Positions 50,482-60,667 of a stretch of 64,000 bases of DNA are shown here, in pieces. Within the stretch, counting starts at the first letter, position 1; every line of letters begins with the position of its first letter. The notes beneath the pieces were generated by a model. That model saw only the letters and a program-made list of their open reading frames with translations, ran no database searches and was not told the DNA's origin. This DNA comes from Oligoflexales bacterium (GTDB taxonomy: Bacteria; Bdellovibrionota_B; Oligoflexia; Oligoflexales; JAPPIL01), in the NCBI GenBank assembly GCA_965215515.1, contig OZ244057.1, positions 1,824,001 to 1,888,000 on the forward strand, given 5' to 3'. The position numbers were made by a program, and so were the translations under genes.

Positions 50482-50713
50482 GCGTACAAGTGATTTTCGT
50501 TAGCTGTGGTTTATTTCTATTTTGCTTGTTTGCCGACGGTAGCTTGTTTAGAATAGCGTGGGTGTGGTTTTGCGGGAGGTGTTGTTGTCCGTGGTGCGTC
50601 TGTTTGTTTTTATATTTTTATTTGCCTGCACACAACAAGCACAGTTGCCTGAGTGAGGTGAGCCGTGAGAGCGTCTGTCAGCCAAGTACACCAGCCTCGT
50701 GTTAGAATGCCCA

Positions 50714-50761
50714 TGTGGAGTTGCCCCCCAAAAAACCTCTACCGCATCGTCGGACTGAAAT
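50714..50761 (+). mobile_element. Chimeric IS2 right end / IS1634 fragment
   Basis: TGTGGAGTTGCCCCCCAAAAAA + CCTCTACCGCATCGTCGGACTGAAAT (reverse complement of ~45687-45712). Confidence 0.75.
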
Positions 50762-50762
50762 A

Positions 50763-52103
50763 CTATCCCGAGGAATGTGTCGCCTGTGCGGTGTGATCGT
50801 CGTTCAGGAACGTGATGGTGACCGCCGTTTCTGTGCGCAGCATGGTATGCCGCAGGGGAGAGCGCACACGCAGGTAGTTGCGGCTGTAGCCGAGCATCTC
50901 GTCGCCCTCAGGGCGTTCCCACAGCACGTGGGTTTTTTGTCCCACAAACCTTTGATAGTAGGCTCGTTTAAGCTGTTGCGAGAGCGCGCTGAGCTGCTTG
51001 CCGCGCGCTTTGATGGTAGCGGAAGGCACGTGCCCTGGCATGCGTGCCGCAAGCGTGTTAGGACGGGGCGAATAAGGGAAAACATGCAAGTAATGCAAGC
51101 CTACCTGTCGTGCACAAGCAAGGGTCGCACAGTGGTCGCGCTCGTCCTCGCGGGGAAAACCACAGATAACATCGCTGCCAAACATCGCGTCAGGAAAAAG
51201 TCGCCGTGCTGCCTTGAGACGAGCGCAGTAGTGCTCCACACTGTATTTGCGCCGCATTTTGCGTAAAATTTTGTTGCTCCCCGATTGCAGCGGCAGATGA
51301 AAGTGAGGACAAAAAACATCACGGTGCTCGGCCAACACTTGCAACAGAGCATCGCTCAATTCGGACGGTTCGAGTGACGAAATACGCAGGCGGCGCAGAC
51401 GAGGCAGGGCGAAGAGACGTTGCAACAGTTCGACAAAGCAACTCCGCTTGTCCGCGGCTAGATCAGCACCGTAATCGCCGAGATGCACGCCCGTCAGGAT
51501 TATCTCGCCACACCCCTGCTCGGTCAGTGCTTTAACTTGTGCAATAACCTTCGCCGAGGGCACACTCAGCGATGCCCCACGCGCATAGGGGATGATGCAA
51601 TAGGTGCAAAACCCGTTGCAGCCATCCTGTATCTTGACATACTGGCGGGTAGTGTTGCTGTGGACATAATCGCTGAGTGTCTGTGCCAGCTTGAAGTGTG
51701 CCTGCCTGTTAGCGGTGACGGGTTTGGCATCGGCGGGTAGTTTGTCGCCCTGTCCACGCCGCTGCAAGCGCGCGTTAAGCAGCGCGACGAGATCTGCTTT
51801 GTGACTGTTGGGGACGACGAAGTCGATGTCGGGATGTTCGCTCAGCGGGCCTGAGTTGGTCTGTGCATAACATCCCGTGATAACGAGAAACGCCTGCGGG
51901 TTAAGACGACGCACGCGCCGCGCATAGTAGAGTGCCTCCTGTTCGGCACGTGCAGTGACGCTACAGCTGTTAATGATGGTGATCTCTGCTTGCGCTATGT
52001 CCTCGCTCAATTCAAACCCGCCTCGACACAGCTGAAAGTTAAGGACATGCGCATCGAAGGCGTTGACCTTGCAACCCAGTGTTTTGATAAAAACCGATGG
52101 CAT
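50763..52103 (-). CDS. mtaB: tRNA t6A37 methylthiotransferase
   Basis: TLGCKVN, INSCSVT, KIQDGCNGFCTYC, LTGVHLG, HVFPYSPR. Confidence 0.94.
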   Translation of the reverse strand: MPSVFIKTLGCKVNAFDAHVLNFQLCRGGFELSEDIAQAEITIINSCSVTARAEQEALYYARRVRRLNPQAFLVITGCYAQTNSGPLSEHPDIDFVVPNSHKADLVALLNARLQRRGQGDKLPADAKPVTANRQAHFKLAQTLSDYVHSNTTRQYVKIQDGCNGFCTYCIIPYARGASLSVPSAKVIAQVKALTEQGCGEIILTGVHLGDYGADLAADKRSCFVELLQRLFALPRLRRLRISSLEPSELSDALLQVLAEHRDVFCPHFHLPLQSGSNKILRKMRRKYSVEHYCARLKAARRLFPDAMFGSDVICGFPREDERDHCATLACARQVGLHYLHVFPYSPRPNTLAARMPGHVPSATIKARGKQLSALSQQLKRAYYQRFVGQKTHVLWERPEGDEMLGYSRNYLRVRSPLRHTMLRTETAVTITFLNDDHTAQATHSSG

Positions 52104-52135
52104 AGCTCTTCCTTAACAAGCGATGCGTCCGCGGC

Positions 52136-53449
52136 CTAGTGCAGCCGATAAATTACTCGCACGGGTACGTAGCTAAAACCTAGCTCACGACGTAGCCGCT
52201 GGGACAGGTAACGCTGATACGATGCTTCAACGGCATCGGGGGCACTGCACTTGATAACGAAGGTGGGTGGCTCGGTCTGTGTCTGCACGGCGTAGTAGAA
52301 CTGCAGCCTTTTGCCACGACAGAGACGGTGGGTGTGGCGGGTGGTGATGTCGGCAAAAGTGCGATTCAACGCGGCGGTAGGAATTCTTTTTTGGAAATCG
52401 GCACCTAAGCGTGCTACCCACCGCTTAACGGTGCTGACGCGCAGGTTAGTCAGAGCCGAAGCCGTAACGACGGGCACGTAGCTGGCCCACGGCAGTGCGG
52501 CAGTAACACTCTGACAGATACGGTCGTGGGCGGCGGGCGAACGGTCGTCGCACAAGTCCCATTTGTTGAGCACCACCAACACAGGTTGGCAGTGTTGCAG
52601 TGCCCTAGCTACCAAGCGCACATCTTGCTCCACCAGCCCTTGTGTGACATCGACGACAACGACAACTACCTGTGCGGCGTTAATCGTTTGCAGAGCACGG
52701 GTCATACTCAGAAATTCAAGTTTGTCGCCTGTGTGCCGCACCTTACGACGCAAACCTGCCGTGTCAGTAATCGTGTAGGAGTCGCAGGCAAAACGATAAT
52801 GCCAGTCGATACTATCTCTGGTTGTGCCCGCAACCGCACTGACAGTGCTTACGGTCGTTCCTGCCAATTTGTTCAACAGCAGCGACTTGCCTGCATTCTG
52901 TCTCCCGACCAGTGCAATTCTGACCACATTCCGAGGTGACTTACAGTGCGGCGCGGGTGCGAGCTGCAACGCTGCAGTTATCGCACGGTGCAGACGTTGC
53001 AAGCCACGTTTGCGCAGGGCACTGACGGCGAGGAGTTCTTTTACCCCCAAGGCATAGAAGGGCAAGCAACATGGCTCGTCCTCGCGATGATCGACTTTGT
53101 TCACGACGCAGATGAAGAGTAACCCGTGTCTCCGCAAACCCTGCACCAACACTTGATCATCCTGGTGTAACCCGTGCTGGGCATCGAGTAACACGAGATA
53201 GAGATCGCTGGCGGCAATCGTGCTGCGGGCACTGAAACCCACCGTATCGACACAGAGAAAGGGAGACACTGCGGCACGGGCACAGTTGCGATCGACAGTA
53301 ACGCCTGGCTGGTCGTAAACGATCGCTTTGCGGTAACCGATGAGACGGTTGAACAGCGATGACTTCCCGACGTTAGGACGACCGACGATAGAGACCGTCC
53401 TAGCGCCCGCCGAGTGCTGTGGTTTAGGTTGCACTAGCAATGAAGCCAC
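52136..53449 (-). CDS. der: Ribosome biogenesis GTPase Der (divergent)
   Basis: Two G domains (GRPNVGKS, GRQNAGKS), GTTRD, DTAG, NKWD, KH-like tail. Confidence 0.93.
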   Translation of the reverse strand: MASLLVQPKPQHSAGARTVSIVGRPNVGKSSLFNRLIGYRKAIVYDQPGVTVDRNCARAAVSPFLCVDTVGFSARSTIAASDLYLVLLDAQHGLHQDDQVLVQGLRRHGLLFICVVNKVDHREDEPCCLPFYALGVKELLAVSALRKRGLQRLHRAITAALQLAPAPHCKSPRNVVRIALVGRQNAGKSLLLNKLAGTTVSTVSAVAGTTRDSIDWHYRFACDSYTITDTAGLRRKVRHTGDKLEFLSMTRALQTINAAQVVVVVVDVTQGLVEQDVRLVARALQHCQPVLVVLNKWDLCDDRSPAAHDRICQSVTAALPWASYVPVVTASALTNLRVSTVKRWVARLGADFQKRIPTAALNRTFADITTRHTHRLCRGKRLQFYYAVQTQTEPPTFVIKCSAPDAVEASYQRYLSQRLRRELGFSYVPVRVIYRLH

Positions 53450-54488
53450 CTCCTAGTACCTGCGTGTCGCGGTAAAGCACCGCTGCCTGTCCTGGGGGTG
53501 CGGTCAGGGCGGTATTGAGATGCAGGAGACAACCCTCTTTGTCTGTGCTTGCTACGGTGCAGTTTACTGCTTGCCCGTGATAGCGGGTAACGACCTGCGC
53601 AGCTCCTTCGACAGGGCGGTCGCTCAGCCAGCGCATCTGGTGCAGGCATATCTTAAGTTGTTGTAGTTCGTCGCTACTGCCGACGGTCACGTCTCCGCTG
53701 CGGCTGTCGATGGCGGTCACGTACTGGCGTTTACCCCGCGCCAAGCCCAATCCTTTGCGTTGTCCTACCGTATAGCGATGTACGCCCTGATGTTTGCCTA
53801 ATACTTCACCCTGTGTGGTCTTGAAATTGCCGCGTGCCGCGGGTACGGAATAGTTATTGTGCAGGAACGAAGCATAGTTTTTTTTGCCGACGAAGCATAT
53901 ATCCTGCGATTCACGTTTGTCGGCGTTGATCAAGCCAGCCTCACGACCGAGCACCCGCACTTCCGCTTTGTGCAAAGCATGGAGAGGAAACAGCAACCGC
54001 GGCAACCAGGCACGCCGCAAACCGAAAAGAAAGTAGCTTTGATCTTTGTCGCGGTCGGCCGCACGGCACAAAACCCATTCACCCTCTCGTTTCTGCACAC
54101 TAGCGTAATGCCCTGTCGCGACGAAGTCCGCCTGCAATGCGTCGGCTTTCTGCAGCAAGTGGCTGAATTTTAGTTTACTGTTGCACAGCACACAGGGATT
54201 GGGGGTACGTCCCTGAAAATACTCAGCAGCGAAGTAATCGACCACTTGAGTGCGAAACTCCCGCTCGTAGTTCAAGACGTAGTGCGGAATGTCGAGTCGC
54301 GCCGCGACCAGCCGTGCGTCGGTGATGTCGGTATGCGAACAGCAACCCTTGCCGCTCACGCCGCCGTGCCAGAGTTGCATCGTCATGCCGATGACTTCGT
54401 ACCCCTGCCGACGGAGCAACAAGGCAGCGACGGAGGAGTCAACCCCCCCTGACATGGCGACGAGCACACGTTTTTTCTGCATGGGCAC
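53424..54488 (-). CDS. mnmA: tRNA 2-thiouridylase
   Basis: AMSGGVDSS, TPNPC, ATGHY, KDQSYFL, SQDICF, PGQ. Confidence 0.97.
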   Translation of the reverse strand: MPMQKKRVLVAMSGGVDSSVAALLLRRQGYEVIGMTMQLWHGGVSGKGCCSHTDITDARLVAARLDIPHYVLNYEREFRTQVVDYFAAEYFQGRTPNPCVLCNSKLKFSHLLQKADALQADFVATGHYASVQKREGEWVLCRAADRDKDQSYFLFGLRRAWLPRLLFPLHALHKAEVRVLGREAGLINADKRESQDICFVGKKNYASFLHNNYSVPAARGNFKTTQGEVLGKHQGVHRYTVGQRKGLGLARGKRQYVTAIDSRSGDVTVGSSDELQQLKICLHQMRWLSDRPVEGAAQVVTRYHGQAVNCTVASTDKEGCLLHLNTALTAPPGQAAVLYRDTQVLGGGFIASAT

Positions 54489-54561
54489 ACCTCAAGCACA
54501 ACGAGGGTACGTTATTATAGTCGATCACGCGGCTATTGCAATCACTCCAGAAAGAAGGTCG

Positions 54562-54570
54562 TGGTATAAT
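54562..54570 (+). promoter_or_regulatory. Extended -10 sigma-70 promoter element
   Basis: TGgTATAAT about 40 nt upstream of GGAGG-ATG 54612. Confidence 0.5.
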
Positions 54571-54611
54571 GGAGTGTCCTGTCTAGAATTTGCCTTGATG
54601 GAGGTAGCCCC

Positions 54612-55397
54612 ATGAAATCGCGCTGGTGTGTCGTGTTGTTGCTGTCGGCATACGGAGGAGGAATATTAGCTAACAACACGGATACTACGGGCAGTGGCAG
54701 AATTGGCATAGGACGCTATGTTGCGGGAGGCGTGGTAGGAACGGCGTTGGGACTTGGTATTGGGCATGCTATCCAGGGACGTTATTGGCGTGACTATGGC
54801 TGGGCCTTTACCGTCGGTACTATCGCTCTAGTGTTGTCAGAGGAGAGTTGTGATCGCCACTACAACGAGCAAGATGCGGAAGAGGTACTACGCCACAAGA
54901 ACTGCCAGGCTGATCGTACCCGCGAGTGGCGCAGGACACTCCCCACTTTCCTAGGCCTCAAAGCTGTTGAAGCGATCGCCGTCTGGTGGCCCCGCAATGT
55001 TAACTTCGGCACGCCACCTCACCCCTCCCTACCCAGCAATCCCATACCCGTTAGCAAACAAAGATATTTATGGGGTGGTGTACTGGGCACTGTGGTTGGT
55101 TTTGGAGCTGGGCATGCCGTGCAGGGACGCTGGTTACGTGAAGGCTGGAAATACAGCGCGTGGCAAGCAGGAGTAGCTTCCCTTTTCGCTTACAGCTTGT
55201 TTGACGAATATTTCCCTGATACTGGGCTTTGGGCGCTTTTGTTGGTGGGGTCAAAAATAGCCGAGATCAGCGACGTCTGGGATCAGAACCCCAGCATTTA
55301 CCGCGTCGTCGGCGGTGCACAACAATCACCATCACTCGTCTTCACGCCATTGCTAAGCACTGAACGAATGGGGGTACGGCTGGTGATGAGGATTTAG
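54612..55397 (+). CDS. Membrane/exported protein with internal duplication
   Basis: Two copies of RYxxGGVxGTxxGxGxGHAxQGR. Confidence 0.75.
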   Translation: MKSRWCVVLLLSAYGGGILANNTDTTGSGRIGIGRYVAGGVVGTALGLGIGHAIQGRYWRDYGWAFTVGTIALVLSEESCDRHYNEQDAEEVLRHKNCQADRTREWRRTLPTFLGLKAVEAIAVWWPRNVNFGTPPHPSLPSNPIPVSKQRYLWGGVLGTVVGFGAGHAVQGRWLREGWKYSAWQAGVASLFAYSLFDEYFPDTGLWALLLVGSKIAEISDVWDQNPSIYRVVGGAQQSPSLVFTPLLSTERMGVRLVMRI

Positions 55398-55459
55398 TTC
55401 TATCCTTGCCTCGGACATACACACTGCACAAATTTCAAGCAAAGACCCGTGCGTTGCCG

Positions 55460-57427
55460 TTACAAAGCGGTCGGTTGTTGCCTGTATTGCACCACACCGC
55501 CGTGAAAAAGCGGGAAACCCCAGCCTAGGATCGAGCCGATGTTAGCATCGTCGGCACTCTGCACCACGCCTTCGTCTAGACAACGCTGTGCCTCGTCCGC
55601 TTGCACGCGCAGCATGCGCTCTGCCATCACGTCTACCGCGCACGGTTGAGCAGCAGAGGGGAACAGCTCCCGCACGCCTGACCACAACTGCTTGCCCTTA
55701 GCATGGTAATCGTAAAACCCCCGCCCGCTCTTTCTGCCGCTGCGGTCGTGTTTGTCCAACATCACGCTAATCACCTCCTGTGCCGCCGCGGGCACATCCG
55801 CCCCATCCTGTCGTGTCTGCGTAAAAATCTGCTGCACAAGGTTCAGGCTGATTTCATCCGTCAAGGCCAGCGGGGCAACGGGCATACCTGCCTTGCGCCC
55901 CGCGTGCTCGATAAGCACCGCATCCTGCCCCTCACGCAACAAAGCCAAACCTTCGCACAGATAGGTCATGAACACCCGACTGGTGTAAAAAGAACGGGCA
56001 TCATTGACGAGAATAGGCACTTTCTGCAGCTTAGCCACATACGCAAAGGCAAAGTCGATCACCCCCTGCGCAGTCTCCTCGCCTCTGATAATCTCCACCA
56101 ACTGCATCTTTTCGACAGGCGAAAAGAAATGCAAACCAACAAAGTTTTGCGGACGGGTGCTGTAAGCCGCTAACGACGTTATCGGTAGGGTCGAAGTGTT
56201 GGAAGCGAACACCGCCTCAGCAGATAAGTGCGGCTCGATACGCCTAATCATATCTTTCTTAACGGCACGGTCTTCGAAAACAGCCTCGATGACCAGATCA
56301 CAGGCGGCAAAGTCTTTTGCCTCGCTCGTGCAGGAGAACCTCGCCAGCACCGCTTGTGTCTGGGCAGCGGTTATTTTTTGTCTCTCCTGCTGGTGATGCA
56401 GATAATCAGCCGCACGCCGCTGAGCCGCGGCTGCCAGCGCCGCGGTACGATCGAGCACTAACACCCGACAACCCGCGAGCGCAGAGACTACGGCAATTCC
56501 CGCCCCCATCATGCCTGCACCGACAATCCCGACCGTCCGCACCTCAGGTGCCTGTTTACTTAATGCCCGCTGCATTATCTGCGGACGCACAATAGCCTGC
56601 ACCTTGACGATATTGCGTGTGGCGGGATGGCGTAGCAAGCGTTGCCAATGTTCCAGGTCATTGTTCACCGCCGTGTCGAAATCCAGCCGTGTGCCTTCGT
56701 AGAGGCAACTGGCGATCGTTTCGTAAACAGGGTAATGCCCTCCTGTCTTTTTGAAAATCGTCGCGGGCGTGGCCATCCACATTTTGGTCACGGCAAAATC
56801 ATCGGGGCTTGCCACAGGCCATCTGAATGCTCTCCGATCCCACGGTTGATGAGCGTTTTCACCCAGCTGACTTGCCAGTCGCTTAGCGCGTGGCACGAGT
56901 TCGTCCCGTTTCTCGACCAGCTCACTACAAAAACCCGCCTGCGCGGCGGCTAACGTCCTACCTCCCATCAACAGCGACAGAGCAGGCTCGATCCCTATCA
57001 GGCGTGAGAGACGCTGTATCGCTCCGTGCGCGGGGAGCAGACCGTAATTAACTTCGGGAAAACCGACCTGCACCTCGGGCAAGGCCAGACGTGCGTGTGC
57101 GGTGAGCACAATTTCTAATCCGACACCTTGCACATCGCTAGGCATGACAGCCAATAACGGTCGGTCGAGCATTTCTAATCTGCGTAGGCTGCGTGCGAAA
57201 CGTGCACCGAGTGCGAACACTTCAGCGCGCCATAACAGTTGGACATCGAAAGCCGCGGGATAGGGTTTTTTGCTCGTTACGCACAGAACGACAGCTTGTG
57301 CCGCGCTGGCCGTGGCAGCTTGCACACCCTTCTCGAAAGCGACGACAAACTTTTCGTCAAACAGTGGGTCGGCTACGGAAAGCGTACCGATGTTATCTGC
57401 TGTGGTGTTAAAATTTATCTCTGTCAT
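55460..57427 (-). CDS. Enoyl-CoA hydratase / 3-hydroxyacyl-CoA dehydrogenase (FadB/FadJ-like)
   Basis: GLE, GFPEV, GAGMMGAGIA, EAVFED, SNTSTLP, LHFFSP. Confidence 0.92.
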   Translation of the reverse strand: MTEINFNTTADNIGTLSVADPLFDEKFVVAFEKGVQAATASAAQAVVLCVTSKKPYPAAFDVQLLWRAEVFALGARFARSLRRLEMLDRPLLAVMPSDVQGVGLEIVLTAHARLALPEVQVGFPEVNYGLLPAHGAIQRLSRLIGIEPALSLLMGGRTLAAAQAGFCSELVEKRDELVPRAKRLASQLGENAHQPWDRRAFRWPVASPDDFAVTKMWMATPATIFKKTGGHYPVYETIASCLYEGTRLDFDTAVNNDLEHWQRLLRHPATRNIVKVQAIVRPQIMQRALSKQAPEVRTVGIVGAGMMGAGIAVVSALAGCRVLVLDRTAALAAAAQRRAADYLHHQQERQKITAAQTQAVLARFSCTSEAKDFAACDLVIEAVFEDRAVKKDMIRRIEPHLSAEAVFASNTSTLPITSLAAYSTRPQNFVGLHFFSPVEKMQLVEIIRGEETAQGVIDFAFAYVAKLQKVPILVNDARSFYTSRVFMTYLCEGLALLREGQDAVLIEHAGRKAGMPVAPLALTDEISLNLVQQIFTQTRQDGADVPAAAQEVISVMLDKHDRSGRKSGRGFYDYHAKGKQLWSGVRELFPSAAQPCAVDVMAERMLRVQADEAQRCLDEGVVQSADDANIGSILGWGFPLFHGGVVQYRQQPTAL

Positions 57428-57431
57428 GCCT

Positions 57432-58643
57432 CTATATCCTTTCGATCACAGTCGTGGTTGCCATCCCCGCTCCCGCACAAAAAGTCGCTAATCCTCTGCG
57501 CAGTGCGCGGCGTTCCAATTCATCGAGCAATGTGCCGAGCACCATCGTTCCCGTCGCTCCCAGCGGATGCCCCATAGCGATCGCACCGCCGTTGACGTTG
57601 AGTTTCTGTGCGTCGATACCTGTGTCACGTAAGTACTGCAGGGCTACGGCCGCGAAAGCTTCGTTAACTTCAAACAAGTCGATATCCTTGAGGGTTAAGT
57701 TAGCGACCGTCAACGCTTTGTGAGTCGCGGCGGGGTTGCCTGTCAACATGATCGTCGGTTCAGAACCGACCGAGGCACAGCTGACGATACGTGCTCGGGG
57801 AGTTAACCCTAACTTTTTGCCCTGCGCCGCGTTGCCGATTAACATCAAAGCCGCACCATCGACGATGGCGGAAGAGTTACCAGGGTGGTGCGCATGTACT
57901 ATTTTTTCCAGCTGCGGATAACGAGAACATGCCACTGCATCAAAACCGAGTTTGCCGATACCGATAAACGAAGGTTTAAGTTTGCTGATTTCTTCGACGT
58001 TACAATCGGAGCGGATCACCTCGTCGTTAGTGAGCAACAGCTTGCCGTTACGGTCATGCACAGGGATCAGCGAGCGTTGAAAGAATCCCGCGCGGGTGGC
58101 CTGATGTGCCTTGTGATGCGATGCCGCGGCAAACGTGTCGAGTTGTTGGCGGGTGAAATTCTCTCGTGTGGCGATAATGTCCGCCGAAATACCCTGCGGC
58201 ACGAAAGACAGTTTGCGATTAACTTCGGGGTCGATGTACCACGCGCCTCCGTCGGCGGCGATAGGCATGTGTGACATCGACTCCACTCCCCCCGCGACGA
58301 TCGCTTCGTTCCATCCTGCGGCGATTTTGGCGGCCGCGAGGTTGCAGGCTTCCAAGCCTGAAGCACAGAAACGGTTGAGAGTAAAGCCTGCCACGCTCTC
58401 GTGCCAGTCACTGAACAACACGGCGGTGCGGGCGATGTTCGCGCCTTGATCTCCGCATGCGGTAACGCAGCCGATGATCAGGTCATCGATACAACTCGTA
58501 TCGAGTTTGTTACGCCGCTGCAGGGCGGTGAGCAAAACTTTGAGCAAGTGCACGGGCTTGACTCGATACAGTGCCCCTGTGCGTTTGCCGCGCCCTCTGG
58601 GGGTACGCACCCAGTCGTAAATATAAACTTCGTTAGCCAACAT
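57432..58643 (-). CDS. Acetyl-CoA C-acyltransferase (thiolase)
   Basis: NRFCASG, EVNEAFA, GHPLGATG, CAGAG; GGAGG before ATG 58643. Confidence 0.95.
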   Translation of the reverse strand: MLANEVYIYDWVRTPRGRGKRTGALYRVKPVHLLKVLLTALQRRNKLDTSCIDDLIIGCVTACGDQGANIARTAVLFSDWHESVAGFTLNRFCASGLEACNLAAAKIAAGWNEAIVAGGVESMSHMPIAADGGAWYIDPEVNRKLSFVPQGISADIIATRENFTRQQLDTFAAASHHKAHQATRAGFFQRSLIPVHDRNGKLLLTNDEVIRSDCNVEEISKLKPSFIGIGKLGFDAVACSRYPQLEKIVHAHHPGNSSAIVDGAALMLIGNAAQGKKLGLTPRARIVSCASVGSEPTIMLTGNPAATHKALTVANLTLKDIDLFEVNEAFAAVALQYLRDTGIDAQKLNVNGGAIAMGHPLGATGTMVLGTLLDELERRALRRGLATFCAGAGMATTTVIERI

Positions 58644-59718
58644 GTGTGCCTCCTGTGTGTGCATAGCGCGGCGTAAGGGTGGAATATTTGATCGGATGGG
58701 CGACCTGCTGTTGTGTCCCGCCCTTGCCATCGGGGACGGCGACGATCATCTCTCGTGCCTGACATTGCGGATGGGCGAGCAGTTCTGCGCTGTCGAGACA
58801 AGGTTCGACGCAGCAGTCTTTAGCGGCGAAAACATTTTGCCAGTGCTGGAGAGGTTTGCTTTTTATTTTTGTCGCGATAATTTTTTGCAGCCGCACGTTG
58901 TCGTCGACCGCGGGCAAGGCGAGAGTCGCAGCGAAAACGTGGCGAAACTGCGGTTCGAGTGCGGCGACACTCAACCAACGTCCGTCGCTCGTCTGATAGT
59001 GTTGGTAGAAGGGATCACCACCGTTCAGCAACTCACCATCGGGTTGCGACAATTTGCCTGCGGCGAGATAGTCGGACAAAGGCGCTGTGGCCAGTGCTAT
59101 GGAGGTGTCGAGTAAGGACACGTCGATACACTGTCCTTCGCCTGTACGTTGCCGATGGAGCAAGGCGGTCAGGATAGCCGTGACCGCGTAGAGTGCGCCC
59201 GCACAGATGTCGGCAATTTGCACGCCATGTAGCGCAGGCAAGGAGTTGCTGCTGCCGAGGGTGCTGATAGCGCTGAGGGCGAGGAAATTTATATCGTGAC
59301 CTGCTTTGGAGGCGTACGTGCCTGTCTGCCCGTAACCGCTGAGCGAGCAGTAGATGAGATCTGGTTTGATGTGCCGCACGGTGTGGTAGTCAAGTCCCAG
59401 CCGTGTCATTACTCCAGGGCGGAAACCTTCGAGCAAAATATCACAGGTGCTTATCTGCTGACGTGCCGCTTCGTAGTCAGTTTTATGCTTGAGATCGAGG
59501 CGCGTAATTTTTTTGTTGCGATTCAGCACTTGATACCAGGCGGAGCTGTCGCCGACACGCGGGGTCATGTTCTTGAGTAGGTCGGGGCGGTGTTTAGCCT
59601 CAACTTTAGTGACTTCCGCCCCGAGATCGCCCAGCAGCATGGAGGCGTAGCAGCCTGGCAGCAGGGTGGAAAAATCGAGAACCTTCGTCTCTCGCAGGGG
59701 GGTAGGCATGTGTTGCAC
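58633..59718 (-). CDS. CaiB/BaiF CoA transferase / alpha-methylacyl-CoA racemase family
   Basis: LLPG, LGAEV, NRNK, EGFRPGV, GHDINF. Confidence 0.92.
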   Translation of the reverse strand: MQHMPTPLRETKVLDFSTLLPGCYASMLLGDLGAEVTKVEAKHRPDLLKNMTPRVGDSSAWYQVLNRNKKITRLDLKHKTDYEAARQQISTCDILLEGFRPGVMTRLGLDYHTVRHIKPDLIYCSLSGYGQTGTYASKAGHDINFLALSAISTLGSSNSLPALHGVQIADICAGALYAVTAILTALLHRQRTGEGQCIDVSLLDTSIALATAPLSDYLAAGKLSQPDGELLNGGDPFYQHYQTSDGRWLSVAALEPQFRHVFAATLALPAVDDNVRLQKIIATKIKSKPLQHWQNVFAAKDCCVEPCLDSAELLAHPQCQAREMIVAVPDGKGGTQQQVAHPIKYSTLTPRYAHTGGTHVG

Positions 59719-59811
59719 CTGTCTCTTGAGGCGGGTATGGGGCTATCATATCCTTGCATAACCGACAACGTTAATGTACTAGCTTTCTGAACCGCACAGA
59801 AAATCGAGACC

Positions 59812-60555
59812 GTGGCTGAATTCTCTCGCCCTCTGATCGTCTGTCCGACCTACAACGAGCGTGATAACATCGCTCCGCTGGTGACCCGCACCATGTCTTG
59901 TGTGCCACCAGCGGCATTGTTGTTCGTCGATGATCGCGGCGACGACGGCACGGAAGCGGAGGTTGTGCATCAGCAGCGGCGGCACAGCAATATCTTTTTG
60001 CTCGCACAAAAGCGGCGTGGTGGTTTGGCCAAGGCTTATCTTGCAGGTTTTGCCTGGGGTTTGGCGCGTGACTATGACTGTTTCGTGACCATGGATGCCG
60101 ATCTCTCGCACGACCCTGTTTATCTGTTGCCTTTGCTACAACTGCTCGCTGGGTGCGATGTCGCTATCGGCAGTCGCTATGTTGCAGGTGGTGGGACTGG
60201 CGATTGGGGTTGGTCACGGCAGTTACTCAGTCGCGGTGGGGCGCGCTATGCTCGCATGTTGCTAGGTCTCAGGGTGTATGATCCGACTTCAGGGCTCGTG
60301 GCTTTTCGCCGTGCGGCGCTGGAGAAGCTCGCACTGCACGAGGTGCAAGCCCGCGGCTACGTCTTTCAGATCGAACTCAAATACCGTGCGTTGTTGGCAG
60401 GCTGTGTGTTGCAGGAGATGCCGATTGTCTTTACCGACAGGAAACGAGGCGAGTCCAAGATGAGCCTGGCGATCGTGCTAGAAGCGGCACTGTCTATGTG
60501 GCGACTACGTCGTCTGGGTCGTAAACAGCGCTATACGACTCCGATGTTGTTATAA
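59812..60555 (+). CDS. Polyprenol monophosphomannose synthase (GT2)
   Basis: PTYNE, VDD, MDADLSH, GSRY, GYVFQIE, GESKM. Confidence 0.9.
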   Translation: MAEFSRPLIVCPTYNERDNIAPLVTRTMSCVPPAALLFVDDRGDDGTEAEVVHQQRRHSNIFLLAQKRRGGLAKAYLAGFAWGLARDYDCFVTMDADLSHDPVYLLPLLQLLAGCDVAIGSRYVAGGGTGDWGWSRQLLSRGGARYARMLLGLRVYDPTSGLVAFRRAALEKLALHEVQARGYVFQIELKYRALLAGCVLQEMPIVFTDRKRGESKMSLAIVLEAALSMWRLRRLGRKQRYTTPMLL

Positions 60556-60667
60556 TCTATTGAAACTTTTGTGTTTTAGGATTTTTAATGTTTGGCACAC
60601 CTGTTGCTTGACCTGTCGGTGGGATAAACTTTGGGGGCTGCGGAGCGTTGCTACGGAGGAGTGGAAT

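Noticed and set aside
50482..50713. Segment between IS ends as a gene or ncRNA
   Set aside because: No convincing ORF, motif or structure recognised.
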